Shown here: positions 13,468 to 27,143 of the stretch, piece after piece
Position numbering within the stretch: position 1 is the first letter of the stretch
How the letters are laid out: the number at the start of each line of letters is the position of its first letter
Origin: Haliotis rubra
Lineage: Eukaryota
NCBI RefSeq assembly: GCF_003918875.1
Contig: NW_025767301.1
Coordinates: 3,596,001 to 3,660,000, forward strand
DNA: 64,000 nt
Reading direction: 5' to 3'
Position numbers and translations under genes: made by a program
Notes under the pieces: model-generated
Seen by the model: only the letters and a program-made list of their open reading frames with translations
What the model was told of the DNA's origin: nothing
The model's database searches: none

Positions 13468-13600
13468 ATATTCTAACATTAGGGACCCTTCATAATTTAT
13501 TCTGACATTAGGGACCCTTCATAATTTATTCTGACATAATTTATTCTGACATTAGGGACCGTTCATAATTTATTCTGACATTAGGGGCCGTTCATAATTT
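13468..13600. repeat. 29-bp minisatellite, continuing at 16476-16570 after the LINE
   Basis: ATTCTGACATTAGGGACCGTTCATAATTT. Confidence 0.9.
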
Positions 13601-16475
13601 TTTCACCCAGTTCTAGTACATTAATTGATCTTATTTTTGTTTCAAGTGTTAGCGCTGTACTAAAATCGGGTGTTCTATATCCTGTATGTAGCGATCATTG
13701 CCCTGCATATGTCACCATCAATGAGTCGATTGCAAAATCGATTAATTACAAGATGAAAATACATAATTATACTCTAGCTGATTTTGACGGTATTAAAAAT
13801 GCCTTATATACTCTTGATTGGCATGCTATCTTTGCCTCTGAAAATATTAATTGTATCGCAAGCGACTTGACTGGTGCAATTCTTGAATTATGCGATAGTT
13901 ATATTCCTAATAAAGTCGTTACTATAAGGCCATGGGACGCCCCCTGGATGAATAATGAGGTACGTAAATTGATTCGTAAACGCAATCGCCATCATAAAAT
14001 CGCGAAAAGGCGTAACTCATCATCTGACAGGGCAAGTTTTAGACTGAGCAGAAATAAAGTTATATCCGCGGTAAGAAATGCAAAGAAGATGTACATGAAT
14101 AAAATTGATGAATAAATAAACAATGAACACGGTACAAAATCATGGTGGCGTTTAGTTAAGAATTATATAAAAAGTAAACACACCACCTATATTAATACTT
14201 TTCCCTCGATAAACCATAACGATAAACTATATGATGATAGTGCTGAAACAGCAAACATTATGAACGATTTCTTTGCAGATCAGGCAAGAGTAGCTGCTCC
14301 TAATAGGGATATTCCTGAAATTCGTTCAGAGGTAGATAACCCATTATGTGACTTAACACTCAGTCCGCAAGAAATCCATGATATTCTCTTCTCTGTTGAT
14401 ATCACTAAAGCAATAGGCCTAGATGGTATTGACAATAAATTTCTGAAAATGAATGCAAGACAATTAGCAGTTCCCTTATTTGAAGTTTTTAATTTATCAT
14501 TAAAGAATAACGCGTTTCCTGATATCTGGAAGGAGGCATCAGTTGTTCCTATACACAAAAAGGCAGTATAAATGAATGTTCTAACTATCGACCAATCGCA
14601 CTAACAAGGTGTGTAGCAAAGAATTTCGAAAAATGCATTTTTAAACATGTATTTAATTATTTTAGGGATAATGAAATACTTACAAACTTACAATCCGGTT
14701 TCATGCCAGGCGATTCAACGGTAAATCATTTAACGTACCTGTATGACTTTATAGCGCGTGCATTAGATAGGAGGTAAGGAAATTAGGGCTGTATTTTGTG
14801 ACGTAAGTAAGGCTTTTGACAAGGTCTGGCATAAAGGTATTATACATAAGCTAAGAAGTTATGGTATCGGGGGTAACTTGTTGAAATGGTTTGAGAGTTA
14901 TCTAGACAATAGAGTTCAGCGAGTTGTTATAAATGGTTACACGTCTGATCAAAGATCAATCTTAGCCGGGGTTCCCCAAGGCTCTGTCTTAGGACCCCTA
15001 TTGTTTATAGTTTATATCAACGACATCGTTGAAGGAATTAACAGCAATATCCGTCTCTTCGCAGATGACACATCACTTTATGCTATAATAGATGATCCTG
15101 ATGAAACTGCTCTTTCTCTTAGCAATGTATCTACGTAACATTTCTGATTGGGCTGACAAATGGCAAGTTACATTTAATCCTAATAAAACAGATTCTATAC
15201 AATTCTCTCGTAAAGTACAGCCCAGCCCAAAACGAAACTTAACAATGAAGGATAGTAATATTAAAGACGTTAATAGCCATAAACATTTGGGACTTACTTT
15301 ACAGCACGATTGCTCCTGGACTGACCATGTTAACGGTATCGCCAAAAAGGTTGCACCCATGGTAAACTGTCTTAGAGGTTTAAAATATAGTTTCTCGCGT
15401 AAAACTTTACAAACAATGTTCAAACAATTTATTTTACCTATTTTAGACGATTGTTGTCACATCTGGGACAATTCTACCAAAAAGCAAGCACTAACACTAG
15501 AAAAACTTAATCTTGATGCACTTAGAACTATTTGCGGTGCTGTTCGCGGTACGAGTCATAACAAAATATATGATGAGACAAATTTCCAACCACTATGTAC
15601 TCGAAGACACATCCCAAAACTAACATTTTTTATAAAATGGTTAATAATTTAACTCCAAAATATTTGAGCAATCTCGTCCCTCCTAAGGTATCTGACACTA
15701 CAAACTACAGTTTCCGAGACCGTTTGAAGCTCCAAACTATCGATAGTAAAAGTGCAAATTATGCCAAGTCATTTCTCCCAGATACAGTAAGATTGTGGAA
15801 TTCTTTGTCTACCGATTATAAAGAATCGGCTACTTTGGGTAGTTTTAAGAAACAGATTAATGTGTCAAATAATAATAGTCAAAACTACTTCAATTTAAAC
15901 TCTGGATCAAGATTCTGTCAGATTATCCATTCACGCCTCAGGCTCGGTTGCAGCGATTTAAACGCACATAAATATCAACGATTTATATCTTCAAATCCCT
16001 CTTGTTCTTGTGGCTATTGTTACGAAGATCCAATTCACTATTTCTTTTCGTGCGTTAATTACTCTGACATAAGACATAAAATGCACTTCTATACTAAAGG
16101 ATATGACATCAAATCAATACTATACGGCCACTCTAATGGATCTACTAAAGGTAATCTTGAATTATTAGAATCTATCCATTCTTTCATTGTACTGTCAGGC
16201 AGATTTGTGTTGTAATAGTAAAACCGAAATTGCACTTACTATTAAATATTTTCCGATAATAATGGTTCTAATGTTATAAGCGGCTATATTACAGTTTTGG
16301 ATTGTTACATTTCCAGAAAGTTATTGTTTATTGTTTGTTAATATCATGCTTTTCTCCTCACGATTGTTATATCTATAATTTATCTGTATTCCGGAGCGGT
16401 ATTCAGATAAGCAACATACTGCTTGTTTACCAATCCGGTTCCTCTTTTGGAAATAAATATGGTTAAACAAAAAAA
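13601..16475 (+). mobile_element. 5'-truncated, decayed CR1-group LINE (end of endonuclease + RT + C-terminal Cys/His motif)
   Basis: Motifs TLIDLIF..SDHCP, KAIGLDG, YRPIAL, DVSKAFDKVWH, GVPQGSVLGPLLF, LFADDT, HKHLG, SRLRLGCS..CSCG..E..HYF..C. Several stops and frameshifts; AATAAA plus A-tail; TSD ATAATTT at 13594-13600 and 16476-16482. Confidence 0.92.
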
Positions 16476-16549
16476 ATAATTTATTCTGACATTAGGGATA
16501 TTTCATAATTTATCCTGATATTAGGGACCGTTCATAATTTATTCTGACA

Positions 16550-16841
16550 TTAGGGATCGTTCATAATTTATGGCTAGGGGGGTGGGGTGGGGGTGGGGTT
16601 AGATGATGACTTTTATGGAGACGCATGTGCAATGTGAATGACCCCTCCCCAACCCCTAAATTGTATGTAAGTAAGTGAACACCCCCTTACCCCGCATTTC
16701 CTGCGCAAATTCAATGAACCCCTTCATAATTAAGCATAATTGTTATTACATTCATGACCCCCTACCTCCCCAGAACATAAATGGTGATCCCCCTTAAAAT
16801 CATCATCACCCCTCCCGAGCCATAAATGATAAACCTATCTA
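16550..16841. mobile_element. MITE with TAGGGA(T/C)CGTTCATAATTTATGGC termini
   Basis: Right end GCCATAAATGATAAACCTATCTA is the decayed complement; G-run and C-run subtermini. Confidence 0.55.
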
Positions 16842-17989
16842 GTTATCAGCTGATTCGATGAACTGTCGTAGCATTGTAAGCAATGATGTGTTTGGATTGG
16901 GTTCTTTAAAGAAAAACATCCATTTTGGATTTGGAACGAATAAAGTTCCTGTGTCCGCGTAAAGATAACATGATATAAATGGTCAAGCTGACTTCCACGT
17001 CAGACTATATGATTATACATTTGATGCATAATAACGAGTGAAATTCGTGACAATCTGCGATATCATTCCGGTGACAATTGATCAAAATTATATTTCCATA
17101 ATAATGAGACAATTTTCTTCGTCAAAGATGGCGGCTACTGCAACTGGAAACGTGTATATCTTCGAATTTGCGAACATGTGAAAACGAAAGGTGCCTACCT
17201 CATTTTACAACCATACGTCGCCGGGTTCTCGTATTAGGAACAATTCACCTTCATATGGTTCAGTGTGAGCACTGTAAACAACGAAATGAGGTATCCGAAG
17301 CATAGCGCATGGATACAGTGGGATGCTTTTCTGTGTGATTACACCTTTCCCAGAAGCACTTTTCACCGTCTTATAGTGACGCCGATAGATGTGGATTAAT
17401 AGCTTTTGTCATTGCTAGTTCCGTATAAATCTGTTAATAGAAAGGCCGCTGCTTAAACTTTGGTTGGTTCATCAGAAGTAGAAAAAGTACCTCAATCAAA
17501 AGCCCTCAATAAAGGAACGTGGATCTACTGATCTCTTTATTTCGTGGACCATACAAGTGTTCTAGAAGCGTACCTAAAATCTCTACACCAATATTTGCCC
17601 TGATCTGAAAAGTTGAAATGAGATCAAATGTACAAATATCAAGCTAATGTGTTTTGAAACTACACTTGAAACTAGTTGGACCCCGTTGCACAAACCGATC
17701 TTAGCGTTAAGGCAACCGTAAGTCTATGTTAAAGAATGGAAGTTACGATGATTTATATGATGCAGAGTGAGTATTGTATCAGTGTTGCAGTAGAAAATGC
17801 GAAAATCCACCTTCAGTTAACGAACTTTGTACAATGTCATCGATTGACAATCTTGCACCGAGCTGATGTTGTTTAAATCACTACCTACATTGCAGTCTGA
17901 TGAAAGCAGCATCATGTACACGAAGCGCATGTAAAAGGTTCCTTGTATCAACGGAAGCAAATTATTCCATGGAGGGACCTTCGATATCA

Positions 17990-18238
17990 CGGTAGTAATA
18001 GGAGTAGTAGAAGCAGTAGCCGTGATATTATTGGTTGTGGTAGTAGTAGTGATAATGGTGGATTAAATAGTAAGTAGTAATAGCAGCAGTAGTAGTAGCA
18101 GCAGTAGTAGTAGTAGTAACAGCGATAGTAGTAGTAGTAGCAGTACTGATAGTAGTAACAGCAGGAGGAACAGTATTACCAGCGACAGCAGTAGCAGTAG
18201 GAGTAACACCGACAGTATTAGTAGCAGTAGAAGTAGTT

Positions 18239-18275
<37 letters not shown>

Positions 18276-19850
18276 ATGTAGATGTAGTAGCAGTAACAGT
18301 AAGAGGGGCAGTAGTATTTGTAGCAGTGGTAGTAGTAACAACAACAGGGGCCGTATTAGAAGCANNNNNNNNNNNNNNNNNNNNNNNNNNNNNNNNNNNN
18401 NNNNNNNNNNNNNNNNNNNNNNNNNNNNNNNNNNNNNNNNNNNNNNNNNNNNNNNNNNNNNNNNNNNNNNNNNNNNNNNNNNNNNNNNNNNNNNNNNNNN
18501 NNNNNNNNNNNNNNNNNNNNNNNNNNNNNNNNNCAGCAGTAATGGTAGTAGCAGCAGTAGTAGTAGTAGCAGCAGCAGTAGTAGTAGTCGTAGTAGTAGC
18601 AGCAGCAGTAGCAGTAGCAGCAGCAGTAGTAGTAGTAGTACCAGCAGTAGTAGTAGTAGTACCAGCAGCAGTAGTAGTAGTCGTCGTAGTAGTAGCAGCA
18701 GCAGTAGTAGAAGTAGCAGTAGCAGTAGCAGAGTAACAGCAAAGTAGTAGTAGTAGTAGTAGTCGTGGTAGTAGTGACAGTAGTAGCAGCAAGAGGGACA
18801 GTATTAGAAGCAGCAGCATCAGTGATAGTAGTAGCAGTAGCAGTAGTAGTAGCAGTGGTAGTAGCAGCAGCAGCAGCAATAGTAGTAGTAGTAGCAGCAG
18901 CAGTAATGGTAGTAGCAGCAGTANNNNNNNNNNNNNNNNNNNNNNNNNNNNNNNNNNNNNNNNNNNNNNNNNNNNNNNNNNNNNNNNNNNNNNNNNNNNN
19001 NNNNNNNNNNNNNNNNNNNNNNNNNNNNNNNNNNNNNNNNNNNNNNNNNNNNNNNNAGAGCAGTAGCAGTAGTAGTAGCAGTAATATTAGTAGCAGTAGC
19101 AGTAGTAGTAGCAGTAATAGTAGTAGTAGCAGTAATATAAGTAGTAGTAGCAGCAGCAGCAGTAGTAGTAGTAGCAGCAGCAGTAGCAGCAGCAGTAGTA
19201 GGAGCAGCAGTAGCAGTNNNNNNNNNNNNNNNNNNNNNNNNNNNNNNNNNNNNNNNNNNNNNNNNNNNNNNNNNNNNNNNNNNNNNNNNNNNNNNNNNNN
19301 NNNNNNNNNNNNNNNNNNNNNNNNNNNNNNNNNNNNNNNNNNNNNNNNNNNNNNNNNNNNNNNNNNNNNNNNNNNNNNNNNNNNNNNNNNNNNNNNNNNN
19401 NNNNNNNNNNNNNNNNNNNNNNNNNNNNNNNNNNNNNGCAGCAGTAACAGTAGTAGTAGCAGTAATAGTAGTAGTAGCAGTAGTAGTAGCGGTAATAGTA
19501 GCAGTAGTAGTAGTAGCAGTAATAGTAGTAGTAACAGTGATAGTAGCAGTAATAGTAGTAGTAGCAGTAGTAGTAGCAGTAATAGTAGCAGTAATAGTAG
19601 TAGTAGCANNNNNNNNNNNNNNNNNNNNNNNNNNNNNNNNNNNNNNNNNNNNNNNNNNNNNNNNNNNNNNNNNNNNNNNNNNNNNNNNNNNNNNNNNNNN
19701 NNNNNNNNNNNNNNNNNNNNNNNNNNNNNNNNNNNNNNNNNNNNNNNNNNNNNNNNNNNNNNNNNNNNNNNNNNNNNNNNNNNNNNNNNNNNNNNNNNNN
19801 NNNNNNNNNNNNNNNNNNNNNNNNNNNNNNNNNNNNNNGTTGTAGTAGTA
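17990..19850. repeat. (GTA/GCA)n compound microsatellite with assembly gaps
   Basis: Seen directly. Confidence 0.95.
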
Positions 19851-20649
19851 GACGTCGTATATGTTTCGGTAGCCGGGGGTAGCTTTAGTCGTTAGTACTG
19901 AGTGGATGCACCGAGGCTGATGTACCGATGCTGATATACATCCAAATCAGAAGCTACTATGATCGTTAAACAGCTTAACCGTGTGGTAGTCAAGTCGTCA
20001 TTCATGCAGTCTCATCACAGCTGTTAATCTCACACTGCTTGCTCCGATATCTGGCCTGTCCACCTGGTCCGTTCATTCACTCGTGTTGTCTGTTCATTAC
20101 TTCATTTATTCATTGGACTACGCAAAGACGTAAATACATGCACGTCTTTGGTCCACGTGAATGTATACTTCTATTGGTCCCCCGTTCGGCGTATAACCAC
20201 TTGGCATTTCAGGTTATCGTTCACAACACGTGTATTTTTCGCATCAAGCCCCAACATGCCCGTCTCAGCAACAGTTAACGGTTTATCTTCGCCCAATCGA
20301 ATGGTATTCTGTAGCCATACGCCAGATGTTTGAGCGTAAATAATTCACGTGTCAGGCCAAACGTCACGCTATTCCGCGGTAATTGATAACGCAAAATTCG
20401 GAAAGTCCGCTCATAAAACATTTACCGTTGATCAATGAATTCTCGTGCTGTTTCCCCAATTTATAGCTTGAAACAATGGAAGGAGGCATGTCTGAGGTTA
20501 CACGCTTTGTGTTCCATTGTAACCGACACCCTAATTTCCCTGAGGTACATGAAGCCATATGTTACACTGTTTGATTCGTGTCGGTTCTAAATTAGGTGCA
20601 TGGTATCAGTTGTTGGTGCTGAGGTATGCTGTGTGTGCGTGGGTTCAGG

Positions 20650-22215
20650 TAGCGTTAGGCGTTAGTAACTGGGTAGACGTCGGGTATGTTGTATGTGTAG
20701 TGATGGGGTTAGTGTGAGACGTTAGTTACTGGGTAGACGTCGGGTATGTTGTATGTGTAGTGGTGGGGTTAGTGTGAGACGTTAGTTACTGGGTAGACGT
20801 CGGGTATGTTGTATGTGTAGTGATGGGGGTAGCGTTAGACGTTAGTAACTGGGTAGACGTCGGGTATGTTGTATGTGTAGTGATGGGGTTAGTGTTACAC
20901 GTAAGGTACTGGGTAGACGCCGGGTATGTTGTATGTGTAGTGGTGGGGGTAGCGTTAGACGTTAGGTATTGGGTAGACATCGGGTATGTTGTATGTGTAG
21001 TGGTGGGGGTAGCGTTAGACGTTAGTTACTGGGTAGACGTCGGGCATGTTGTATGTGTAGTGATGGGGGTAGCGTTAGACGTTAGTAACTGGGTAGACGT
21101 CGGGTATGTTGTATGTGTAGTGATGGGGTTAGTGTTACACGTAAGGTACTGGGTAGACGCCGGGTATGTTGTATGTGTAGTGATGGGGTTATTGTTACAC
21201 GTAAGGTACTGGGTAGACGTCGGGTATGTTGTATGTGTAGTGATGGGGTTAGTGTTACACGTAAGGTACTGGGTAGACGTCGGGTATGTTGTATGTGTAG
21301 TGATGGGGTTAGTGTGACACGTAGACATCGGGTAAGGTACTGGGTAGACGCCGGGTATGTTGTATGTGTAGTGATGGGGTTATTGTTACACGTAAGGTAC
21401 TGGGTAGACGCCGGGTATGTTGTATGTGTAGTGATGGGGTTAGTGTTACACGTAAGGTACTGGGTAGACGTCGGGTATGTTGTATGTGTAGTGATGGGGT
21501 TAGTGTGAGACGTTAGTTACTGGGTAGACGTCGGGTATGTTGTATGTGTAGTGATGGGGTTAGTGTTACACGTAAGGTACTGGGTAGACGTCGGGTATGT
21601 TGTATGTGTAGTGATGGGGTTAGTGTGAGACGTTAGTTACTGGGTAGACATCGGGTATGTTGTATGTGTAGTGGTGGGGTTAGTGTGAGACGTTAGTTAC
21701 TTGGTAGACATCGGGTATGTTGTATGTGTAGTGATGGGGGTAGCGTTAGACGTTAGTTACTGGGTAGACATCGGGTAGACATCGGGTATGTTGTATGTGT
21801 AGTGATGGGGGTAGCGTTAGACGTTAGGTATTGGGTAGACATCGGGTATGTTGTATGTGTAGTGGTGGGGGTAGCGTTAGACGTTAGTTACTGGGTAGAC
21901 ATCGGGTATGTTGTATGTGTAGTGGTGGGGGTAGCGTTAGACGTTAGTTACTGGGTAGGCATCGGGTATGTTGTATGTGTAGTGGTGGGGTTAGTGTTAG
22001 ACGTTAGTTACTGGGTAGACGTCGGGTATGTTGTATGTGTAGTGATGGGGTTAGTGTTAGACGTAAGGTACTGGGTAGACGTCGGGTATGTTGTATGTGT
22101 AGTGATGGGGTTAGTGTTAGACGTAAGGTACTGGGTAGACGTCGGGTATGTTGTATGTGTAGTGGTGGGGGTAGCGTTAGACGTAAGGTACTGGGTAGAC
22201 ATCGGGTATGTTGTA
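20650..22215. repeat. 60-bp GT-rich satellite, about 26 copies
   Basis: Unit ACTGGGTAGACGTCGGGTATGTTGTATGTGTAGTGATGGGGTTAGTGTGAGACGTTAGTT. Confidence 0.95.
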
Positions 22216-22238
22216 GTTGAGGGTAGGAGGGGTAGGTT

Positions 22239-22270
<32 letters not shown>

Positions 22271-22519
22271 AGAGAGAGAGAGAGAAATCAGAGAGAGAGA
22301 GAGATTATTGGTACAGAGAATTCAATCAAACATACAACACATTAGTATTTCAAACATACAACACATTAGTATTTACATAAAGGACAATGTTATTCATAGT
22401 TGACAATTGATATGTATGTACAGAAACATTCACAAAAGGATGGCATCACTTGTGCCTCCATTAAAATACAAACTCAAGTTATTGTTTCAAATGATAGACA
22501 TAGTTTACAAAGTTTATAA

Positions 22520-25500
22520 TGACAGCATGTTATGTGTGTATGGTGCGAAGGTGTTAGGGTGACAGCATTTCGGTCGTGGTCTAAGGGTTGACATCCAGTA
22601 TGTTATGTGTGTATGTGTAGGGTATCGTGGTGTTGACAGGTGTTATGTGTGTATGGTGCGAGGTCTAAGGGTTGGTCATGACATACAGTATGTTATGTGT
22701 GTATGGTGCGAGGTGTTAGGGTAGGTCGTGGTCTAAGGGTTGACATCCAGTATGTTATGTGTGTATGGTGCGAGGTGTTAGGGGTCGTGGTCTAAGGGTT
22801 GACATCCAGTATGTTATGTGTGTATGGTGCGAGGTGTGTTAGGGTGGGTCGTGGTCTAAGGGTTGACATGACAGTATGTTATGTGTGTATGGTGCGAGGT
22901 GTTAGGGTAGGTCCTGGTCTAAGGGTTGACATCCAGTATGTTATGTGTGTATGGTGCGAGGTGTTAGGGTAGGTCCTGGTCTAAGGGTTGACATCCAGTA
23001 TGTTATGTGTGTATGGTGCGAGGTGTTAGGGTAGGTCGTGGTCTAAGGGTTGACATCCAGTATGTTATGTGTGTATGGTGCGAGGTGTTAGGGTAGGTCC
23101 TGGTCTAAGGGTTGACATCCAGTATGTTATGTGTGTATGGTGGTTGACATCCAGGTGTTAGGGGGTCGAGGTGTTGGTCTAAGGGTTGACATCCAGTATG
23201 TTATGTGTGTATGGTGCGCAGGTGTTAGGGTAGGTCGTGGTCTAAGGGTTGACATCCAGTATGTTATGTGTGTATGGTGCGAGGTGTTAGGGTAGGTCGT
23301 GGTCTAAGGGTTGACATCCAGTATGTTATGTGTGTATGGTCTAGTATTGGTGTGACATCCAGGTGTTAGGGTAGGGTGGTCTAGTCTAAAGGGTTGACAT
23401 CCAGTATGTTATGTGTGTATGGTGCGAGGTGTTAGGGTAGGTCGTGGTCTAAGGGTTGACATCCAGTATGTTATGTGTGTATGGTGCGAGGTGTTAGGGT
23501 AGGTCGTGGTCTAAGGGTTGACATCCAGTATGTTATGTGTGTATGGTGCGAGGTGTTAGGGTAGGTCGTGGTCTAAGGGTTGACATCCAGTATGTTATGT
23601 GTGTATGGTGCCAGGTGTTAGGGTAGGTTGTGGTCTATGGGTTGACATTGCAGTATGTTATGTGTGTATGGTGCGAGGTGTTAGGGTAGGTCGTGGTCTA
23701 AGGGTTGACATCCAGTATGTTATGTGTGTATGGTGCGAGGTGTTAGGGTAGGTCGTGGTCTAAGGGTTGACATCCAGTATGTTATGTGTGTATGGTGCGA
23801 GGTGTTAGGGTAGGTCGTGGTCTAAGGGTTGACATCCAGTATGTTATGTGTGTATGGTGCGAGGTGTTAGGGTAGGTCGTGGTCTAAGGGTTGACATCCA
23901 GTATGTTATGTGTGTATGGTGCGAGGTGTTAGGGTAGGTCGTGGTCTAAGGGTTGACATCCAGTATGTTATGTGTGTATGGTGCGAGGTGTTAGGGTAGG
24001 TCGTGGTCTAAGGGTTGACATCCAGTATGTTATGTGTGTATGGTGCGAGGTGTTAGGGTAGGTCGTGGTCTAAGGGTTGACATCCAGTATGTTATGTGTG
24101 TATGGTGCGAGGTGTTAGGGTAGGTCGTGGTCTAAGGGTTGACATCCAGTATGTTATGTGTGTATGGTGCGAGGTGTTAGGGTAGGTCGTGGTCTAAGGG
24201 TTGACATCCAGTATGTTATGTGTGTATGGTGCGAGGTGTTAGGGTAGGTCGTGGTCTAAGGGTTGACATCCAGTATGTTATGTGTGTATGGTGCCAGGTG
24301 TTAGGGGTCGTGGTCTAAGGGTTGACATCCAGTATGTTATGTGTGTATGGTGCGAGGTGTTAGGGTAGGTCGTGGTCTAAGGGTTGACATCCAGTATGTT
24401 ATGTGTGTATGGTGCGAGGTGTTAGGGGTCGTGGTCTAAGGGTTGACATACAGTATGTTATGTGTGTATGGTGCCAGGTGTTAGGGTAGGTCGTGGTCTA
24501 AGGGTTGACATCCAGTATGTTATGTGTGTATGGTGCGAGGTGTTAGGGGTTGTGGTCTAAGGGTTGACATCCAGTATGTTATGTGTGTATAGTGCCAGGT
24601 GTTAGGGGTTGTGGTCTAAGGGTTGACATCCAGTATGTTATGTGTGTATAGTGCGAGGTGTTAGGGGTCGTGGTCTAAGGGTTGACATCCAGTATGTTAT
24701 GTGTGTATGGTGCGAGGTGTTAGGGTAGGTCGTGGTCTAAGGGTTGACATTCAGTATGTTATGTGTGTATAGTGCGAGGTGTTAGGGGTCGTGGTCTAAG
24801 GGTTGACATTCAGTATGTTATGTGTGTATAGTGCCAGGTGTTAGGGGTTGTGGTCTAAGGGTTGACATTCAGTATGTTATGTGTGTATAGTGCCAGGTGT
24901 TAGTGTAGCTTGTGGTCTATGGGTTGCATTGCAGTATGTTATGTGTGTATGTTGCCAGGTGTTAGTGTAGCTTGTGGTCTATGGGTTGCATTGCAGTATG
25001 TTATGTGTGTATGGTGCGAGGTGTTAGGGTAGGTCGTGGTCTAAGGATTGACATACAGTATGTTATGTGTGTATGGTGCGAGGTGTTAGGGTAGGTCATG
25101 GTTTAAGGGTTGACATCCAGTATATTATGTGTGTTTAGTGTGAGGTGTTAGGGTAGGTCGTGGTCTAAGGGTTGACATCCAGTATGTTATGTGTGTATGG
25201 TGCGAGGTGTTAGGGTAGGTCGTGGTCTAAGGGTTGACATCCAGTATATTATGTGTGTTTAGTGTGGTGCTAGGGTAGGTCCTGGTCTAAGGGTTCACAT
25301 CCAGTATGTTATGTGTGTATGGTGAAAGGTGTTAGAGTAGGTCGTGGTCTAAGGGTTGACATCCAGTATGTTATGTGTGCATTGTGCAAGGTGTTAGGGG
25401 TCCTGGTCTAAGGGTTGACATCCAGTATGTTATGTGTGTATGATGCGAGGTGTTAGGGTAGGTCGTGGTCTAAGGGTTGACATCCAGTATGTTATGTGTG

Positions 25501-27143
25501 TATCGTGCGAGGTGTTAGGGGTCGTGGTCTAAGGGTTGACATACAGTATGTTATGTGTGTATAGTGCCAGGTGTAAGGGGTTGTGGTCTAAGGGCTAACA
25601 TTCAGTATGTTATGTGTGTATAGTGCCAGGTGTTAGGGGTTGTGGTCTAAGGGTTGACATCCAGTATGTTATGTGTGTATAGTGCCAGGTGTTAGGGGTT
25701 GTGGTCTAAGGGTTGACATTCAGTATGTTATGTGTGTATAGTGCGAGGTGTTAGGGGACGTGGTCTAAGGGTTGACATTCAGTATGTTATGTGTGTATAG
25801 TGCGAGGTGTTAGGGGTTGTGGTCTAAGGGTTGAGATTCAATATATTATGTGTGTATAGTACCAGGTGTTAGGGGTTGTGGTCTAAGGGTTGACATTCAG
25901 TATGTTATGTGTGTATGGTGCGAGGTGTTGGTAGGTCGTGGTCTAAGGGTTGACATCCAGTATGTTATGTGTGTATGGTGCGAGGTGTTAGGGTAGGTCG
26001 TGGTCTAAGGGTTGACATCCAGTATGTTATGTGTGTATGTATGGTGCGAGGTGTTAGGGTAGGTCGTGGTCTAAGGGTTGACATCCAGTATGTTATGTGT
26101 GTATGGTGCGAGGTGTTAGGGTAGGTCGTGGTCTAAGGGTTGACATCCAGTATGTTATGTGTGTATGGTGCGAGGTGTTAGGGTAGGTCGTGGTCTAAGG
26201 GTTGACATCCAGTATATTATGTGTGTTTAGTGTGAGGTGTTAGGGTAGGTCGTGGTCTAAGGGTTGACATCCAGTATGTTATGTGTGTATGGTGCGAGGT
26301 GTTAGGGTAGGTCGTGGTCTAAGGGTTGACATCCAGTATGTTATGTGTGTATGGTGCGAGGTGTTAGGGTAGGTCTGGTCTAAGGGTGGTCTAAGGGTTG
26401 ACATCCAGTATGTTGTGTGTATGGTGCGTATGTTATGTGTGTGTTAGGTGTAGGTCGTGGTCTAAGGGTTGACATCCAGTATGTTATGTGTGTATGGTGC
26501 CAGGTGTTAGGGTAGGTCGTGGTCTAAGGGTTGACATCCAGTATGTTATGTGTGTATGGTGCGAGGTGTTAGGGTAGGTCGTGGTCTAAGGGTTGACATC
26601 CAGTATGTTATGTGTGTATGGTGCGAGGTGTTAGGGGGTCGTGGTCTAAGGTTCGTGGTCTAAGGGTGTGTATAGTGACATCCAGTATGTTGGTCTGTGT
26701 GTATTCAGTATGTATGTGAGGTGTGTTAGGGGGGGTGGTCTAAGGGTTGTGGTGTGTAAGGGTTGACATCAGTATGTTCTAGGTGTGTCATGGTGTGTAT
26801 ATGGCCAGGTGTTATGTGGTCTAAGGGTTGACATCCAGTATGTTATGTGTGTATGGTGTTAGGGAGGTGTTAGGACATCCAGTAGTTATGTGTGTATGGG
26901 TCTAAGGGTTGACATTGCAGTATGTTATGTGTGTATGGTGCGAGGTGTTAGGGTAGGTTGTGGTCTATGGGTTGCATTGCAGTATGTTATGTGTGTATGG
27001 TGCGAGGTGTTAGGGTAGGTCGTGGTCTATGGGTTGCATTGCAGTATGTCATGTGTGTATGGTGCGAGGTGTTAGGGTAGGTCGTGGTCTATGGGTTGCA
27101 TTGCAGTATGTTATTTGTGTATGGTGTTAGGGTAGGTCGTGGC
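22520..27143. repeat. 62/58-bp satellite containing TTAGGG, about 75 copies
   Basis: Unit GTTGACATCCAGTATGTTATGTGTGTATGGTGCGAGGTGTTAGGGTAGGTCGTGGTCTAAGG. Confidence 0.95.

Noticed and set aside
18028-19895. Long poly-Thr/Val/Ser/Leu ORFs
   Set aside because: Translations of a (GTA/GCA)n microsatellite across N gaps
26340-26900. Scrambled satellite units as a biological rearrangement
   Set aside because: More likely a consensus or assembly artefact in a repeat array
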